From NCBI GenBank assembly GCA_036785375.1, contig JAWMAR010000145.1, positions 4,836,001-4,900,000 of the forward strand: a stretch of 64,000 nucleotides of DNA, in the 5' to 3' direction. Both the position numbers and the translations under genes were made by a program. The notes beneath the pieces were generated by a model, which made no database searches, was not told where the DNA came from, and saw nothing but the letters and a program-made list of their open reading frames with translations. Source of the stretch: Leucoraja ocellata. Taxonomy: Eukaryota. This document shows, piece by piece, positions 1-11,911 of the stretch; the stretch's first letter is position 1; every line of letters starts with the position of its first letter.

Positions 1-344
1 TTCTCTCTTTTTCCACAGTTGCTGATTTACTGGCTGGGTTTTTCCAGCCGTTCTGTTTTTCTTTCAGATTACAGTATCTACAGTTTTATTTGTTTATCAT
101 TGTAATCTTTGACCTTCAAAACCTTGGAAACTACCTACAATGATCGATTTGATGTACTACAATGCTGATTGCAGAATTGTGGGCCAGAATTTCTGGTGAT
201 TTTAACTGAAAATCACCTTTTGTACAATTATCAAAGTTAAACCAAGCAGTTTAAAAGGCAAAATAAAATGTGAACTAGCATATATTTCAAATGAAGAGTA
301 TTGTGTTAAGAAAAATGTTAAAGAATATCCTCCATTATCAAAAT

Positions 345-493
345 AGACACAAAGTGCTGGAGTAGCGAGTCAGGCAGCATCTCTAGAGAATACTAAGGTT
401 GGGACCCTTTTTTAGACCCAACTCAAACGTCACCAATTCATGTTCTCCAGAGGTACGCCTGAAAGGCTGTTATTCCAGTATCTGTAGTTTCTT
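345..493. mobile_element. Degenerate head-to-head palindromic Penelope-derived insert
   Basis: agacacaaagtgctggagtagcgagtcaggcagcatctctagagaa followed by aaacgtcacc...ttctccagag...; both arms match the 3' terminal repeat of the GIY-YIG element at 24862-25886. Confidence 0.6.
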
Positions 494-1364
494 ATTAAGT
501 CTACATTCTCCATTATCAAACTTCATCTGATTATTGTGAACATGATCTTTTATTTATTTTATCCCTTCATTTGTGGCTAGATTTTAATTTCTGATCTTCT
601 ACAATCTTGGTGAAGCATAATTCAAATAGGCAAATGGTTCAACTGTGGTCTAAAACCATTGTAGTTCTAATGCAGTCATTATTCATCTGAAACATATGGT
701 ACAAGAATGGACATAGAGGATGGGTCCAAGTGGAGAAGGCTCATAGTTTGAGGAGCTCATTTGGATGATTTTGATCTTATGCATTAAAAGATAAAGGATT
801 GAAGCTAAACTGTCGAGCAAAGGCTTGTATGAAGGAGAGAGTTGTTTGTTTGTCAGACTGAATGACTCTAGGACGATGCATGTTATTGTCTTTTATCAGA
901 AGAAAAATAATGCCATCATCACCATTTTCAGAAACGCACACATGACTTAATCTTGACATTCAACAATCTGCATTTACGAATATAATTGTTGATTGCATAT
1001 GCAAAGTATTTCAGTACATAAATCTGATTCAAACATCGTATGCTCTCCAGATATAAGGTCAGAAACACTAAGTGCAATCCAGTTGGCATAGCAGGCTGAC
1101 TGATAAAAAGGATATTTTGAACATTTTATCACTTTGACATATCTATCCTATTGTTAAGTGTTTCTCTATTTTTGTTCAGGCTGATTGCTGAAGGAAGGAA
1201 TAAATGAGCTGCATCATAAAGGTTTGCCAGATGACTATTTTTATCCAGAATTTACTGAATTCCTGATCCAAGCACAGCACGTCTTGGTAAATTTGTTGAA
1301 CCTTGATCAGGATTTAGCTGCAATATCTACAATACCAGTTGTTTCACTGATCATGTTCACGTTT

Positions 1365-2175
1365 TAGAAACATTAGACAGGTGCATGGATAGGACAGGTT
1401 TGGAAGGATATGGGCCTAATGCAGGCAGGTGCTGCAACGTTTATGTCTGTGTTGGACTATGGTGATGTTTTATATATGAATGCATCTTCAAAATGCCTAC
1501 CGTCTTTGGACACGGTCTACTACGGAGCACTGAGATTTGTTACTAATTTTAAAACCCTCACGCACCACTGCTCTTTGTATGCTCAAGTTGGATGGTTTGC
1601 CCTGTCCACCCGCAGACTCCATCATTGGCATATCCTTATTTATAAGACTATCCTCGGTGTTCTTCCTTCATACCTGCAGAAGTATGTGATTTGAAAAAGC
1701 ACAGGAACTTATCAGCTCCGCTCTGAGGACTTGTTCTTACTAACTGTACCTAAAGTCCGCACTGAACTGGGGAAAAGGGCATTTAATTATGCTGCTCCCT
1801 TTGCATGGAACCAGCTGCAGAATGAACTGAAATTTAAGGAGCTGGTTTCTATAAACAGATTTAAATCCCTTCTTAATGATGTTGAAGCAGGCTCTTCTGT
1901 CTGTACATGCTTTGTTTGATGGTGTTTTGACTGTGACTATTTATATGTTCTCTGTTGTTTTTAAATTATTGTCTGTAACTGTGGAACTGTGCTGCTGCCT
2001 GTCTTGGCCAGGACTCTCTTGTAAAAGAGATTTTTAATCTCAATGAGACTTCTCCTGGTTAAATAAAGGTTAAATATAAAAAAGGTGGGGCTAATGTAGA
2101 TAGGACTTGTTGGTCGGTGTGGGCAAGTTGTGCTGAAGGTCCTGTTTCCACACTGTAGGACACTATGACTCTATG
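1365..2175 (+). mobile_element. CR1 LINE 3' end (1365-1431 + 2083-2175) split by a younger LINE insertion
   Basis: ttagacaggtgcatggatagg...ggatatgggcctaatgcaggcaggtg continues after the insert as aggtggggctaatgtagat...cctgtttccacactgtaggacactatgactctatg. Confidence 0.75.
1432..2082 (+). mobile_element. 5'-truncated L2/CR1-group LINE (ORF2 C-terminus + 3' UTR)
   Basis: ORFs 1410-1694 and 1731-1919 are one frame with a single stop (VLDYGDVLY...L.W..L..RR...VPKVRTELGKRAF.YAAP..WN.L); tail cctggttaaataaaggttaaatataaaaa; AGGTG duplicated at 1427-1431 and 2083-2087. Confidence 0.85.
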
Positions 2176-2714
2176 TTCATTCTTCTTGCACAGTCCTTCA
2201 GAATCAAGAGTGATTTGTTTCCACTCCTGATAGATGGATTCTGAGGTGGCAGATGAAGCCAATGTAGGATCGATCCACACTCTGGTTCCTTGGGAGGTTG
2301 TGGTTTTCTTCTGCTACATGCAGCTGGCCTCTGGATTATAAAGACTCAAGATGCTCAGTGCCTTCCTGATTGTTCCTTCTCCATTTTGAGGAAGGGGATA
2401 CACACGAAAAGTGATACACTTACATTTTTCAATGAATCTTTGAGAACTTCATGAAGCATGCTTTGTCTCTTTCTGGAGCCCTCTTTCTGCAAGGGAACTT
2501 GGAATAACTGTTGTCAGACTTGCGGACATTGCGGTGAAACATTGGCGCTGAGCCTGAAGAATAAGACCAAGCGATCCCAGCGAGAACCTTCTATTTTTTC
2601 CTTCTTGAAGCTGCCATGAATCCATCAAAGGAGATTCTTAGTATCCAACAGCTGTGATATCAGCAGGTTGGATGAGCAGGCAAATACTTACAATAAACCA
2701 ATAATAAGCTCATT

Positions 2715-3070
2715 TTTGTGGGGGAATTTCTTTGGTCTGAGCGTTGTGAATCTGTGGAATTTATTGTCACGGACAGCTGAGGATGGCAAGTCATTTTTAA
2801 GGCGCAGATTGACAGATTCTTGATTAGTAAGTGTGTCAAGGGTTATGGGGAGAAGGCAGGAGAACAGGGTTTAGAGGGGAAGATAGATCAGCCATCATTG
2901 AATGGCAGAGTAGACTTGATGGTCCGAAATGGCTTCATTCTGTTCCTAGTAAAATGGAAAAGATTAGAGCACATGGTATTGGGGGGTAGGGTATTGACAC
3001 AGATAGAGAACTGGTTGGCAGACAGGAAGCAAAGAGTAGGAATTAACGGGTTCCTTTCAGAATGATAGGT
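2715..3070 (+). mobile_element. CR1 fragments (3' end, then an internal RT piece)
   Basis: gttgtgaatctgtggaat...ggttatggggagaaggcagg; WIENWLADRKQRVGING motif. Confidence 0.8.
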
Positions 3071-3072
3071 AG

Positions 3073-3168
3073 TTCAGACTGAAGAAGGGTCTCGACCCGG
3101 AACGTCACCCATTCCTTCCCTCTCGAGATGCTGCCTGTCCCGCTGAGTTACTACAGCATTTTGTGTCT
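3073..3168 (+). mobile_element. Penelope-derived terminal repeat with hammerhead motif (GAAA mutated to GGAA)
   Basis: ctgaagaagggtctcgacccggaacgtcacc at 3079. Confidence 0.8.
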
Positions 3169-5994
3169 GTAAAATAGATTTGTCAGGCCATAGAGTTTGC
3201 TCAGCAGTGAATATGGTTTGGTATGCCTTCTGAGGATCATTCAGGCCTCATGAAACACATCACACGATTTTCTGAATCCTTGACCAGAAACATTAACTAA
3301 CTTGCTCTTTGCACATATGTTGCTTGATTTGCTGAATATCTTCAGCATTTTCTTTTTTTTTTATCATGTTTTCCAGTTTAAAGCAGTTTGATATTGCATT
3401 GGATTAACAACCCATAAAGAATTGAGTGCATTTGTCCTCTAATTGCAATTATAATGAATTAACTTCTTTATAAACTGTGCAGAAATGAACTGCAGAGCAA
3501 TATGAGATGCAAATACAATTGGTTCTAAATGTTAAAACAAATAAAAAATGTAGGCTTTTTAAATAAGCCTAATCTGATGAAGAAAAATACATATGGAGGA
3601 GGATAATGGATAAAGTTAATTCATGGTGTGAAATATTTCAACGGAAGTAATCCATTAATTTATTTAATATTACTGGACACTTCTGATCCTTGTGCTGGCT
3701 TGTAATTTTAACTATTCCTGTTTCCATTTTTGTCAATGCAAGAATTGACCTACAAGCTCAACCTAAGAATTTGCTGATAGCCAGCTTTTCTTAAAGTAAC
3801 ATTTTGATTTATATGAACAGGGTTACTGCAGTTCTTAACTCTGAGCCACGAAGGTTAGATGTGTGGGAAATCTCTCATTAGAGGCATTTGTTTCAGCTAA
3901 CCAAATTTCAGCAGCTAATTTAGAAAAATATACATGATTAATATTGATCAAGTAAAGAGAAGAACCTTCTTTCTGACTATCAAAACGTGTATTCTAGACC
4001 CCAAAACTGCCAATCTGTATTTTGAAACGTTAGTATTAACTACATTTTCTTTGAATACATATATTTATTAATTTTTTAATACTTTCCTTGCAATAAATTG
4101 CTGATGAATATTTTAAGAAATCAATGGAAGGGAAATAATCAATGCATTTTTCCATAAAAATGCAGAAAAACTTGTCTATAGTTAAAAATAAGGATAAGAT
4201 GGAGTAAAACTCACATTGGTGAATGAGGCAGAACAGAGCTATTGACATTGAGAACTAGATATCATGCCTCATCATTCCAATTCATTCCAACCTTTACCTG
4301 GAGGGGGATGGTCGTGAAGGATGACTCCAAATGAAAAACAATTGTAAGGCTATCAATCAGTGATCCAAGTGGGTACTCCTCCACCTATTTCATGATCTAC
4401 AGCTTTCCCATATTACGATCGAATATAGAAACACCTCTTTTTCTCTAATCGTTTACATCATTGCTGTTATATTTCACCTACGTGTGTTATTTAAATTAGA
4501 AAAAATACATTTGCAGCCAGTTTATCATTTGGTCCGAACGTCTTAAATGATGCTATTTTGTTTGTTTTTTCCCCTTCTCTGTAATGATGGATGAGGCAGG
4601 ATTATTACCAGATTAACCTTACTTTATATTTTAAGGGGACTAACCAGAAGCAAGAATACGCCAAAGGATGGGAAGCAGAGGGGAAAGGGATGTTTAAATT
4701 GTTTTTGATATTTCTCGGATGTTTCAGCATAGACATATTCAATATTACTTTACTAAAATCAGTCATGCACGAAATAACTCTATAGAGACATTGCCTAATA
4801 CATTAATGGGCATCAAATTATCCCATGATGTAGCATTAATATAATTTAAAATATATGATGTCATTAATGTTTGTGTTTAACAAGCATAACGTGACACATC
4901 TATTTCCTCTGTACCCCAGTCTACGTATCAGGAAGTGTTTGTAAAAGGCATGTTTCTATGGCTTTTTGTAGGGAAAAAAAGAATAGCAGTGAGAGTGTTT
5001 TCCAACAGCTCAGCTCAGTTCAGTTCCCTTCAGTTTAGTTTATTGTCACGTGTACCACGGTACAATGGAAGGTTTTTTGTTGCGTGCTAACCAGTCAGTA
5101 GAAAGACAATACATGATTACAATCAATCCATTTATACTTGACAAATACATGCATTTTATTATCTTATCTAATTTCACTTTTCACAATGGAAAGTAACCTT
5201 ACATTTTAAAAATCTAATCATTTTTCTTCTGCGCAAATTTTGACTTGAAGATAAAAAATCGCATCATAGTCTGTTCCATTTGAAATATGCATTCAATCAA
5301 TATATATCACAGAATAATGGCACAATTGTTGTGCCACTATTACCCCTTGGTAGAAAAACATCCAACAAATCTCTCATAGATGTTGGAAATATTATACACA
5401 CATTAAAATAACATCCTTTAAGGCCATTGTAATCCATTCTGTTGGATTTTGTTTTTTTACAATAACTGGGAAAGATCTGCATTTCCACACTTCTGAGAAA
5501 TGTCTGAATGCCTTACACAAGTCACTATTTTTATGGAGCACAATAAAAATAATTTCACATATAGTGTGAGTGATGTTTTGCAAGGGCTTTAGTTACATTC
5601 TTCAGGGGTGTGATGTCCTGAGGCCATGGTACAGGAAGCTTTTGGTGACAACATCAGAACTGTGCCTAAAAGCAGAAAAATAAACATAAATTCTTCAGCT
5701 GCAAAGTCCTTGTCATTCATTTGCAAGTACTGAATGTAACGAGTGCGCAATTATACTGCTTTTGGATAATGTCACATGGATATGCAGGGAATCAAAGGAT
5801 ATGGATCATGTGCAGGCAGATAAGAGTTGGTGTTGGCATTATGTTTGGCACAGACATTGTGGGCTGAAGGGCCTGTTCCTGTGCTGTTCTATGTTCAATG
5901 TCATGATGAAGAAAATCATGCATTATATTTTTAACTCGTGCCTGTTCCTGGCAAGTAACCTTTGCCCAACATGTTTTAAATGAGAAGGCAATGC

Positions 5995-6308
5995 ATTTAG
6001 TTTAGTTTAGTTTAACTGGCGATACAGCGTGGAAAGAGGCCCTTCGGCCCAACGAGTCCGCACCAACCAGCGATTCCTGCGCATTAACACTATCCTACAC
6101 ACACTAGCAACAATTTACATTTATACCAAGCCGATTAACACACAAACCTGAACGTCTTTGGAGTGTGGGAGGAAACCAAAAATCTCAGAGAAAACAGGTC
6201 ACGGGAAGAGCGTACAAACACTGAACATTCAAGCACCCGTAGTCAGGATCGAACCTGGGTCTCTGGTGCTGAGAGGCAACAACTCGACCGCTGTGCCACT
6301 ATGCCGTC
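5995..6308 (-). mobile_element. tRNA-derived V-SINE (HE1-like)
   Basis: A/B-box head, V-domain (ggtttcctcccacactccaaagacg) and (AAACT)n tail on the minus strand. Confidence 0.85.
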
Positions 6309-6559
6309 CACAGCACATTCTGCCTAAATTTCAATTTTTTTTTAATTTTTCATCTCAATTGCATACATCTCTTACAGACTTCTGCTTTCAAACCATTATG
6401 CAGGGAAAGAAGTGTTGAGAGCCAAACCGTTCTGTTGTATGCAAAAAATCTCTCAGAAGAATCTGAAATTGATATATTCTGAAGAACTTTTTCTATATTC
6501 TCCCTGTTGTCCCCCACATAAAATAATTAGGATGAATTTAGACAGTGATTTTCAAATTT

Positions 6560-6745
6560 ACTGGGTGCTCCAGTTTCCTCCAACACTCCAAAGACATGCA
6601 GGGTCATAGGTTAATTAGCTTCTGTAAGTTGTTACTAGAGCGTAGGATAGAACTAATGTGCGGGTGATCATTGGTCAGTGTTGACTCGGTGGGCTAAAGG
6701 GCCTGTTTCAACACTGTATCTCTAAAACTAAAATTCAAACTAAAT
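6560..6745 (+). mobile_element. V-SINE 3' half
   Basis: cagtttcctccaacactccaaagacatgcagg...gggcctgtttcaacactgtatctctaaaactaaa. Confidence 0.75.
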
Positions 6746-6852
6746 AGAAGCAGAAAATCCTGGAAAATGTCAACAGGTCACGCAGCATCTGTGGGGAGAA
6801 GCAAAGTTAACAATTCAGGTTGAAGACTATTCACTGGAATTGTTTGCTATTC

Positions 6853-7160
6853 GGTTGGCACAATGGCGCAGTGGTAGAGTTGCTGCCTTACAGTGCCAGA
6901 GACCTGGGTTCAATCCTGACTACGGGTTTGTCTGTACGGAGTTTGTACGTTCTCCCCGTGACTCTGTGGTTTTTCCCCCGAGTGCTATGGTTTCCTCCCA
7001 CACTCCAAAGACGTGCAGGTTTGTAGGTTAATTGGCTTTGGTAAAATCTGTAAATTGTCCCGAGTGTGTGGAATAGTGCTAGTGTAATGGGAACCGCTGA
7101 TTGGCGCGGACTCCGTGAGCTAAAGGGCCTGTTTCCATGCTGCATCTCTAATCTAAACTA
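6853..7160 (+). mobile_element. Full-length V-SINE (HE1-like)
   Basis: A box tggcgcagtgg, B box ggttcaatcc, V-domain, CR1-like 3' tail gggcctgtttccatgctg...aaact. Confidence 0.9.
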
Positions 7161-7176
7161 GCGAAATTACAAAGCA

Positions 7177-7304
7177 CTGAAGAAGGGTCTCGACCCAAAA
7201 CATCACCTATTTCCTTCGCTCCATAGATGCTCCCTCACCCGCTGAGTTTCTCCAGCATTTTTGTCTACCTTCGATTTTCCAGCATCTGCAGTTCCTTCTT
7301 ACAC
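7177..7304 (+). mobile_element. Penelope-derived terminal repeat starting at the hammerhead motif
   Basis: ctgaagaagggtctcgacccaaaacatcacc...ccagcatctgcagttccttcttacaca. Confidence 0.8.
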
Positions 7305-7746
7305 AAGCACAGGATCATGTCAACTGTGTTTCTCTTGCCACAGATGCTTCCTGATATGCTGAGTGCTTCCAACACTTTCTGTTTACATCTATTTATTTCC
7401 AACATTAGTAGATTTTTGATTTTTACCTTGCACCAGAGAGCAGAGAATTCCACCTGGAAGTTTAGGGCTCCAGTGATCTTGGACTACTTTTCTAAATTAT
7501 AATTAGCAGAAGCTTATAAATAATTAAACCGAAAAAAAATATTTTACATAAAAAATTGACCAGAGGCCCAGGACCGGACAGAGGCCCAGGACCGTTGGTG
7601 CAGTGGAGGAGGGTCAGGGCTTTTACCAAAATCCGTAACGTTCCACACTCCATAGTGAGGGTTCTGGTGGAAGCCGCTGATTGGTGGAAGCAGACTAGAG
7701 GAAGCAGCTGATTGGGTGCAACATCAGGTTAGCATTTGTGCTTTCT

Positions 7747-7935
7747 GGTTAAAGGGGCAGTGCTTTAGTTAAGGTACAGTGGGTTAAAGGTGCAGTGGGT
7801 TAAAGGTACAGTGGGTTAAAGGGGCAGTGCTTTAGTTAAGGTACAGTGGGTTAAAGGTGCAGTGCTTTAGTAAAAGGTGCAGTGGGCTAAAGGTACAGTG
7901 CTTTTTGTTTATATAATAAAGGTGCAGTTTAAAGG
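7747..7935 (+). repeat. Degenerate 16-21 bp tandem repeat (ggttaaaggtRcagtg) in the CR1 5' UTR
   Basis: About 9 copies of taa(a)gg(t/g)(a/g)cagtg visible; also an 18-bp duplication at 7561-7594. Confidence 0.8.
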
Positions 7936-8033
7936 TCACGAGGGAGCAGCTGTTGTGAGTCAGATTCCTGCTGATTTCTCCCAGCAGTTTCTATTGTATT
8001 ATACTGGTATCAGATCCAGGGTAAGGCGGGAGA

Positions 8034-8966
8034 ATGACAGTCAGAGCAGTATACTGTTCTGGATGTCAGATGTGGGAGGTCATGGTGTCGGATGGCCCTC
8101 CAGACATCCACATCTGCACCAGGTGCAGCGAGATGGGGCTCCTAAGGGACCGTATTAGGATCCTGGAGCAGCAGCTCGATGACCTCGCTCTGATCAGGGA
8201 GAGTGAGGAGGTCATAGAGGGGAGTTATAGAGAGGTGGTCACTCCAAAACCACGGGAGAGAGACATGTGGGTCACGTTAAGGAAGGGCAAGGGGCAGAGG
8301 CAGGAACGAGTGAGTACTCCAATGTCGGTACACCTTGCAAATAAGTACTCCTGTTTGAGTACGGATGGGGGTGACAGCCTACCCGGGGGTAGTGACAGCG
8401 GACGGGCCTCCAGCACAGAGACCGGCCCTGTTGCTCCAAAAGCTAGGGAAAAAAAGAGTGCAATAGTAATTGGGGACTCTATTGTTAGGGGGTCGGATAG
8501 GCGATTCTGTGGATGCAGTCGGGAGACCAGGATGGTGGTCTGCCTCCCTGGTGCCAAGGTCTCGGACGTGTCTCAACGCATCCAAGATATCCTTAAATCA
8601 GAGGGAGAGGAGCCTGAGGTCGTGGTACATATAGGTACCAATGACATAGGGAAAAAAAGGGAAGAGGTCCTGAAGGGAGGATTTAGGGAGTTGGGAGGAG
8701 AGTTAAGAAAAAGGACCAAAAAGGTAACAATCTCAGGATTACTGCCTGTGCCACGCGACAGAGAGAGTAGGAATGGAGCGAGGTGGAGGATAAATGCGTG
8801 GCTGAAAGACTGGTGCAGAGGGCAGGGATTCAAGTTCCTGGATCATTGGGACTTCTTTTGGGGAAGGTGGGACCTGTACAGAAAGGATGGGTTGCACTTG
8901 AACCCGAGGGGGACCAATATCCTAGCGGGGAAATTTGCAAAGGCAGCTGGGGAGACTTTAAACTAG
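8034..8966 (+). CDS. CR1 ORF1p: zinc finger/leucine zipper + SGNH (GDSL-like) esterase
   Basis: CSGC...CTRC, heptad repeat LRDRIRILEQQLDDL, GDSIVR, HIGTND and DGLHLN motifs; open for 310 aa. Confidence 0.95.
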   Translation: MTVRAVYCSGCQMWEVMVSDGPPDIHICTRCSEMGLLRDRIRILEQQLDDLALIRESEEVIEGSYREVVTPKPRERDMWVTLRKGKGQRQERVSTPMSVHLANKYSCLSTDGGDSLPGGSDSGRASSTETGPVAPKAREKKSAIVIGDSIVRGSDRRFCGCSRETRMVVCLPGAKVSDVSQRIQDILKSEGEEPEVVVHIGTNDIGKKREEVLKGGFRELGGELRKRTKKVTISGLLPVPRDRESRNGARWRINAWLKDWCRGQGFKFLDHWDFFWGRWDLYRKDGLHLNPRGTNILAGKFAKAAGETLN

Positions 8967-11911
8967 AATGGTTGGGGCGAGGGACTCAAATAGCGAAAGG
9001 TAGTAGACAGAATGGGAGGCAGGAAGCAGAAATGGGAAGCACTCGGACACAAGAGGAGAAAGGAAAAAAAGGAAATAAACAGAGAATAAGAGACGGGGGT
9101 TTTCTTAAATGTGCATATTTTAATGCTAGGAGCATTGTAAGAAAGGTGGATGAGCTTAGAGTCTGGATAGACACCTGGAAGTATGATGTTGTGGCGATCA
9201 GTGAAACGTGGTTGCAGGAGGGCTGTGATTGGAAACTAAATATTCCAGGATTTCGTTGCTTCAGGTGTGATAGAATTGGAGGGGCAAGAGGTGGAGGTGT
9301 TGCATTGCTAGTCAGGGAAGATATTACAGCAGTGCTTTGGCAGGATAGATTGGAGGGCTCATCTAGGGAGGCTATTTGGGTGGAATTGAGAAGTGGGAAA
9401 GGTGTAGCAACACTTATAGGGGTGTATTATAGACCGCCAAACGGGGAACGAGAATTGGAAGAGCAAATATGTAAGGAGATAGCAGAGATTAGTAGTAAGC
9501 ACAAGGTAGTGATTGTGGGAGATTTCAACTTTCCACACATAGACTGGGAAACACATTCTGTAAATGGGCTGGATGGGTTGGAGTTTGTAAAATGTGTGCA
9601 GGATAGTTTTTTGCAGCAATACATAGAGGTACCTACTAGAGGAGGGGCAGTGCTGGACCTCCTGTTAGGAAATGAGACTGGACAGGTGGCGGAGGTATGC
9701 GTTGGGGAGCACTTCGGGTCCAGTGATCACAATACCATTAGTTTCAATATAACTATGGAGAGGGTCAGAACTGGACCTAGGGTTGAGATTTTTGACTGGA
9801 GAAAGGCTAACTTTGATGCGATGCGAGATGATTTAAAAGGAATGAACTGGAACATTTTGTTTTATGGGAAAGATGTAGAAGAGAAATGGAGGACATTTAA
9901 AGGGGAAATTTTAAGAGTACAGAATCTTTATGTTCCTGTTCGGTTGAAAGGAAACAGTAAAAATTGGAAAGAGCCCTGGTTTTCAAGGGAAATTGGACAT
10001 CTTGTTCGGAAAAAGAGGGAGATCTACAATAATTATAGGCAGCATGAAGTAAACGAGGTGCTTGAGGAGTATAAGGAATGTAAAAAGAATCTTAAGAAAT
10101 AAATTAGAAAAGCTAAAAGAAGATATGAGGTTGCTTTGGCAAGTAAGGTGAAAGTCAATCCAAAGGGTTTCTATAGCTATATTAATAGCAAAAGGATAAG
10201 GAGGGATAAAATTGGTCCATTGGAGAGACAGAGTGGACAGCTATCTGCAGAGCCAAAAGAGATGGGGGAGATATTGAACTTTTTTTTTTCTTCGGTATTC
10301 ACCATGGAGAAGGATATTGAATTATGTGAGGTAAGGGAAACTAGTAGAGTAGCTATGGATACTATGAGTTTCAAAGTAAATGAAGTACTGACACTTTTGA
10401 AAAATATAAAAGTGGATAAGTCTCCAGGTCCTGACAGGATATTCCCTAGGACATTGAGGGAAGTTAGTGTAGAAATAGCCGGGGCTATGACAGAAATATT
10501 TCAAATGTCATTAGAAACGGGAATAGTCCCCGAGGATTGGCGTACTGCGCATGTTGTTCCATTGTTTAAAAAGGGTTCTAAGAGTAAACCTAGCAATTAT
10601 AGACCTGTTAGTTTGACTTCAGTGGTGGGCAAATTAATGGAAAAGATACTTAGAGACAATATATATAAGCATCTAGATAAACAGGGTCTGATTAGGAACA
10701 GTCAACATGGATTTGTGCCTGGAAGGTCATGTTTGACTAATCTTCTTGAATTTTTTGAAGAGGTTACTAGGGAAATTGACGAGGGTAAAGCAGTGGATGT
10801 TGTCTATATGGACTTTAGTAAGGCCTTTGACAAGGTTCCTCATGGAAGGTTGGTTAAGAAGGTTCAACTGTTGGGTATAAATGCAGGAATAGCAAGATGG
10901 ATTCAACAGTGGCTGCATGGGAGAAGCCAGAGGGTAATGGTGGATGGCTGTTTATCGGGTTGGAGGCAGGTGACTAGTGGGGTGCCTCAGGGATCTGTGT
11001 TGGGTCCTTTGTTGTTTGTCATGTACATCAATGATTTGGATGAAGGTGTGGTAAATTGGATTAGTAAGTATGCAGATGATACCAAGATAGGGGGTGTTGT
11101 GGATAATGAAGAGGATTTCCAAAGTCTACAGAGTGATTTAGGCCATTTGGAAAAATGGGCTGAAAGATGGCAGATGGAGTTTAATGCTGATAAATGTGAG
11201 GTGCTACACCTTGGCAGGACAAATCAAAATAGGACGTACATGGTAAATGGTAGGGAATTGAAGAATACAGTTGAACAGAGGGATCTGGGTATAACCGTGC
11301 ATAGTTCCTTGAAGGTGGAATCTCATATAGATAGGGTGGTAAAGAAAGCTTTTGGTATGCTAGCCTTTATAAATCAGAGCATTGAGTATAGAAGCTGGGA
11401 TGTAATGTTAAAATTGTACAAGGCATTGGTGAGACCAAATCTGGAGTATGGTGTACAATTTTGGTCGCCAAATTATAGGAAGGATGTCAACAAAATAGAG
11501 AGAGTACAGAGGAGATTTACTAGAATGTTGCCTGGGTTTCAACAACTAAGTTACAGAGATAGGTTGAATAAGTTAGGTCTTTATTCTCTGGAGCGCAGAA
11601 GGTTAAGGGGGGACCTGATAGAGGTCTTTAAAATGATGAGAGGGATAGACAGAGTTGATGTGGACAAGCTTTTCCCTTTGAGAATAGGGAAGATTCAAAC
11701 AAGAGGACATGACTTCAGAATTAAGGGACAGAAGTTTAGGGGTAATATGAGGGGGAACTTCTTTACGCAGAGTGTGGTAGCGGTGTGGAATGAGCTCCCA
11801 GTGGAAGTGGTGGAGGCAGGTTCATTGGTATCATTTAAAAATAAATTGGATAGGCATATGGATGAGAAGGGAATGGAGGGTTATGGTATGAGTGCAGGCA
11901 GGTGGGACTAA
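8963..11911 (+). pseudogene. CR1 ORF2p: APE endonuclease + reverse transcriptase, one in-frame TAA at 10100-10102
   Basis: NARS, ISETW, YRPP, GDFN and SDH endonuclease motifs; QHGF, DFSKAFD, GVPQGSVLGP and YADD RT motifs; ORFs 8783-10102 and 10136-11911 are the same frame. Confidence 0.95.

Noticed and set aside
1170-1230. Possible host exon (ttttgttcag|...aaag|gtttg)
   Set aside because: Splice-like signals only; no recognisable protein and no partner exons
6853-6925. tRNA genes at SINE heads
   Set aside because: A/B boxes run into the V-domain and CR1-like tail; no complete cloverleaf
8783-8962. N-terminal 60 aa of the 439-aa ORF as real ORF2 sequence
   Set aside because: The start is GTG inside ORF1's esterase coding region; it is simply the open -1 frame
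10136-11911. Separate 591-aa RT gene
   Set aside because: TTG start; same frame as the upstream endonuclease, split only by one nonsense codon
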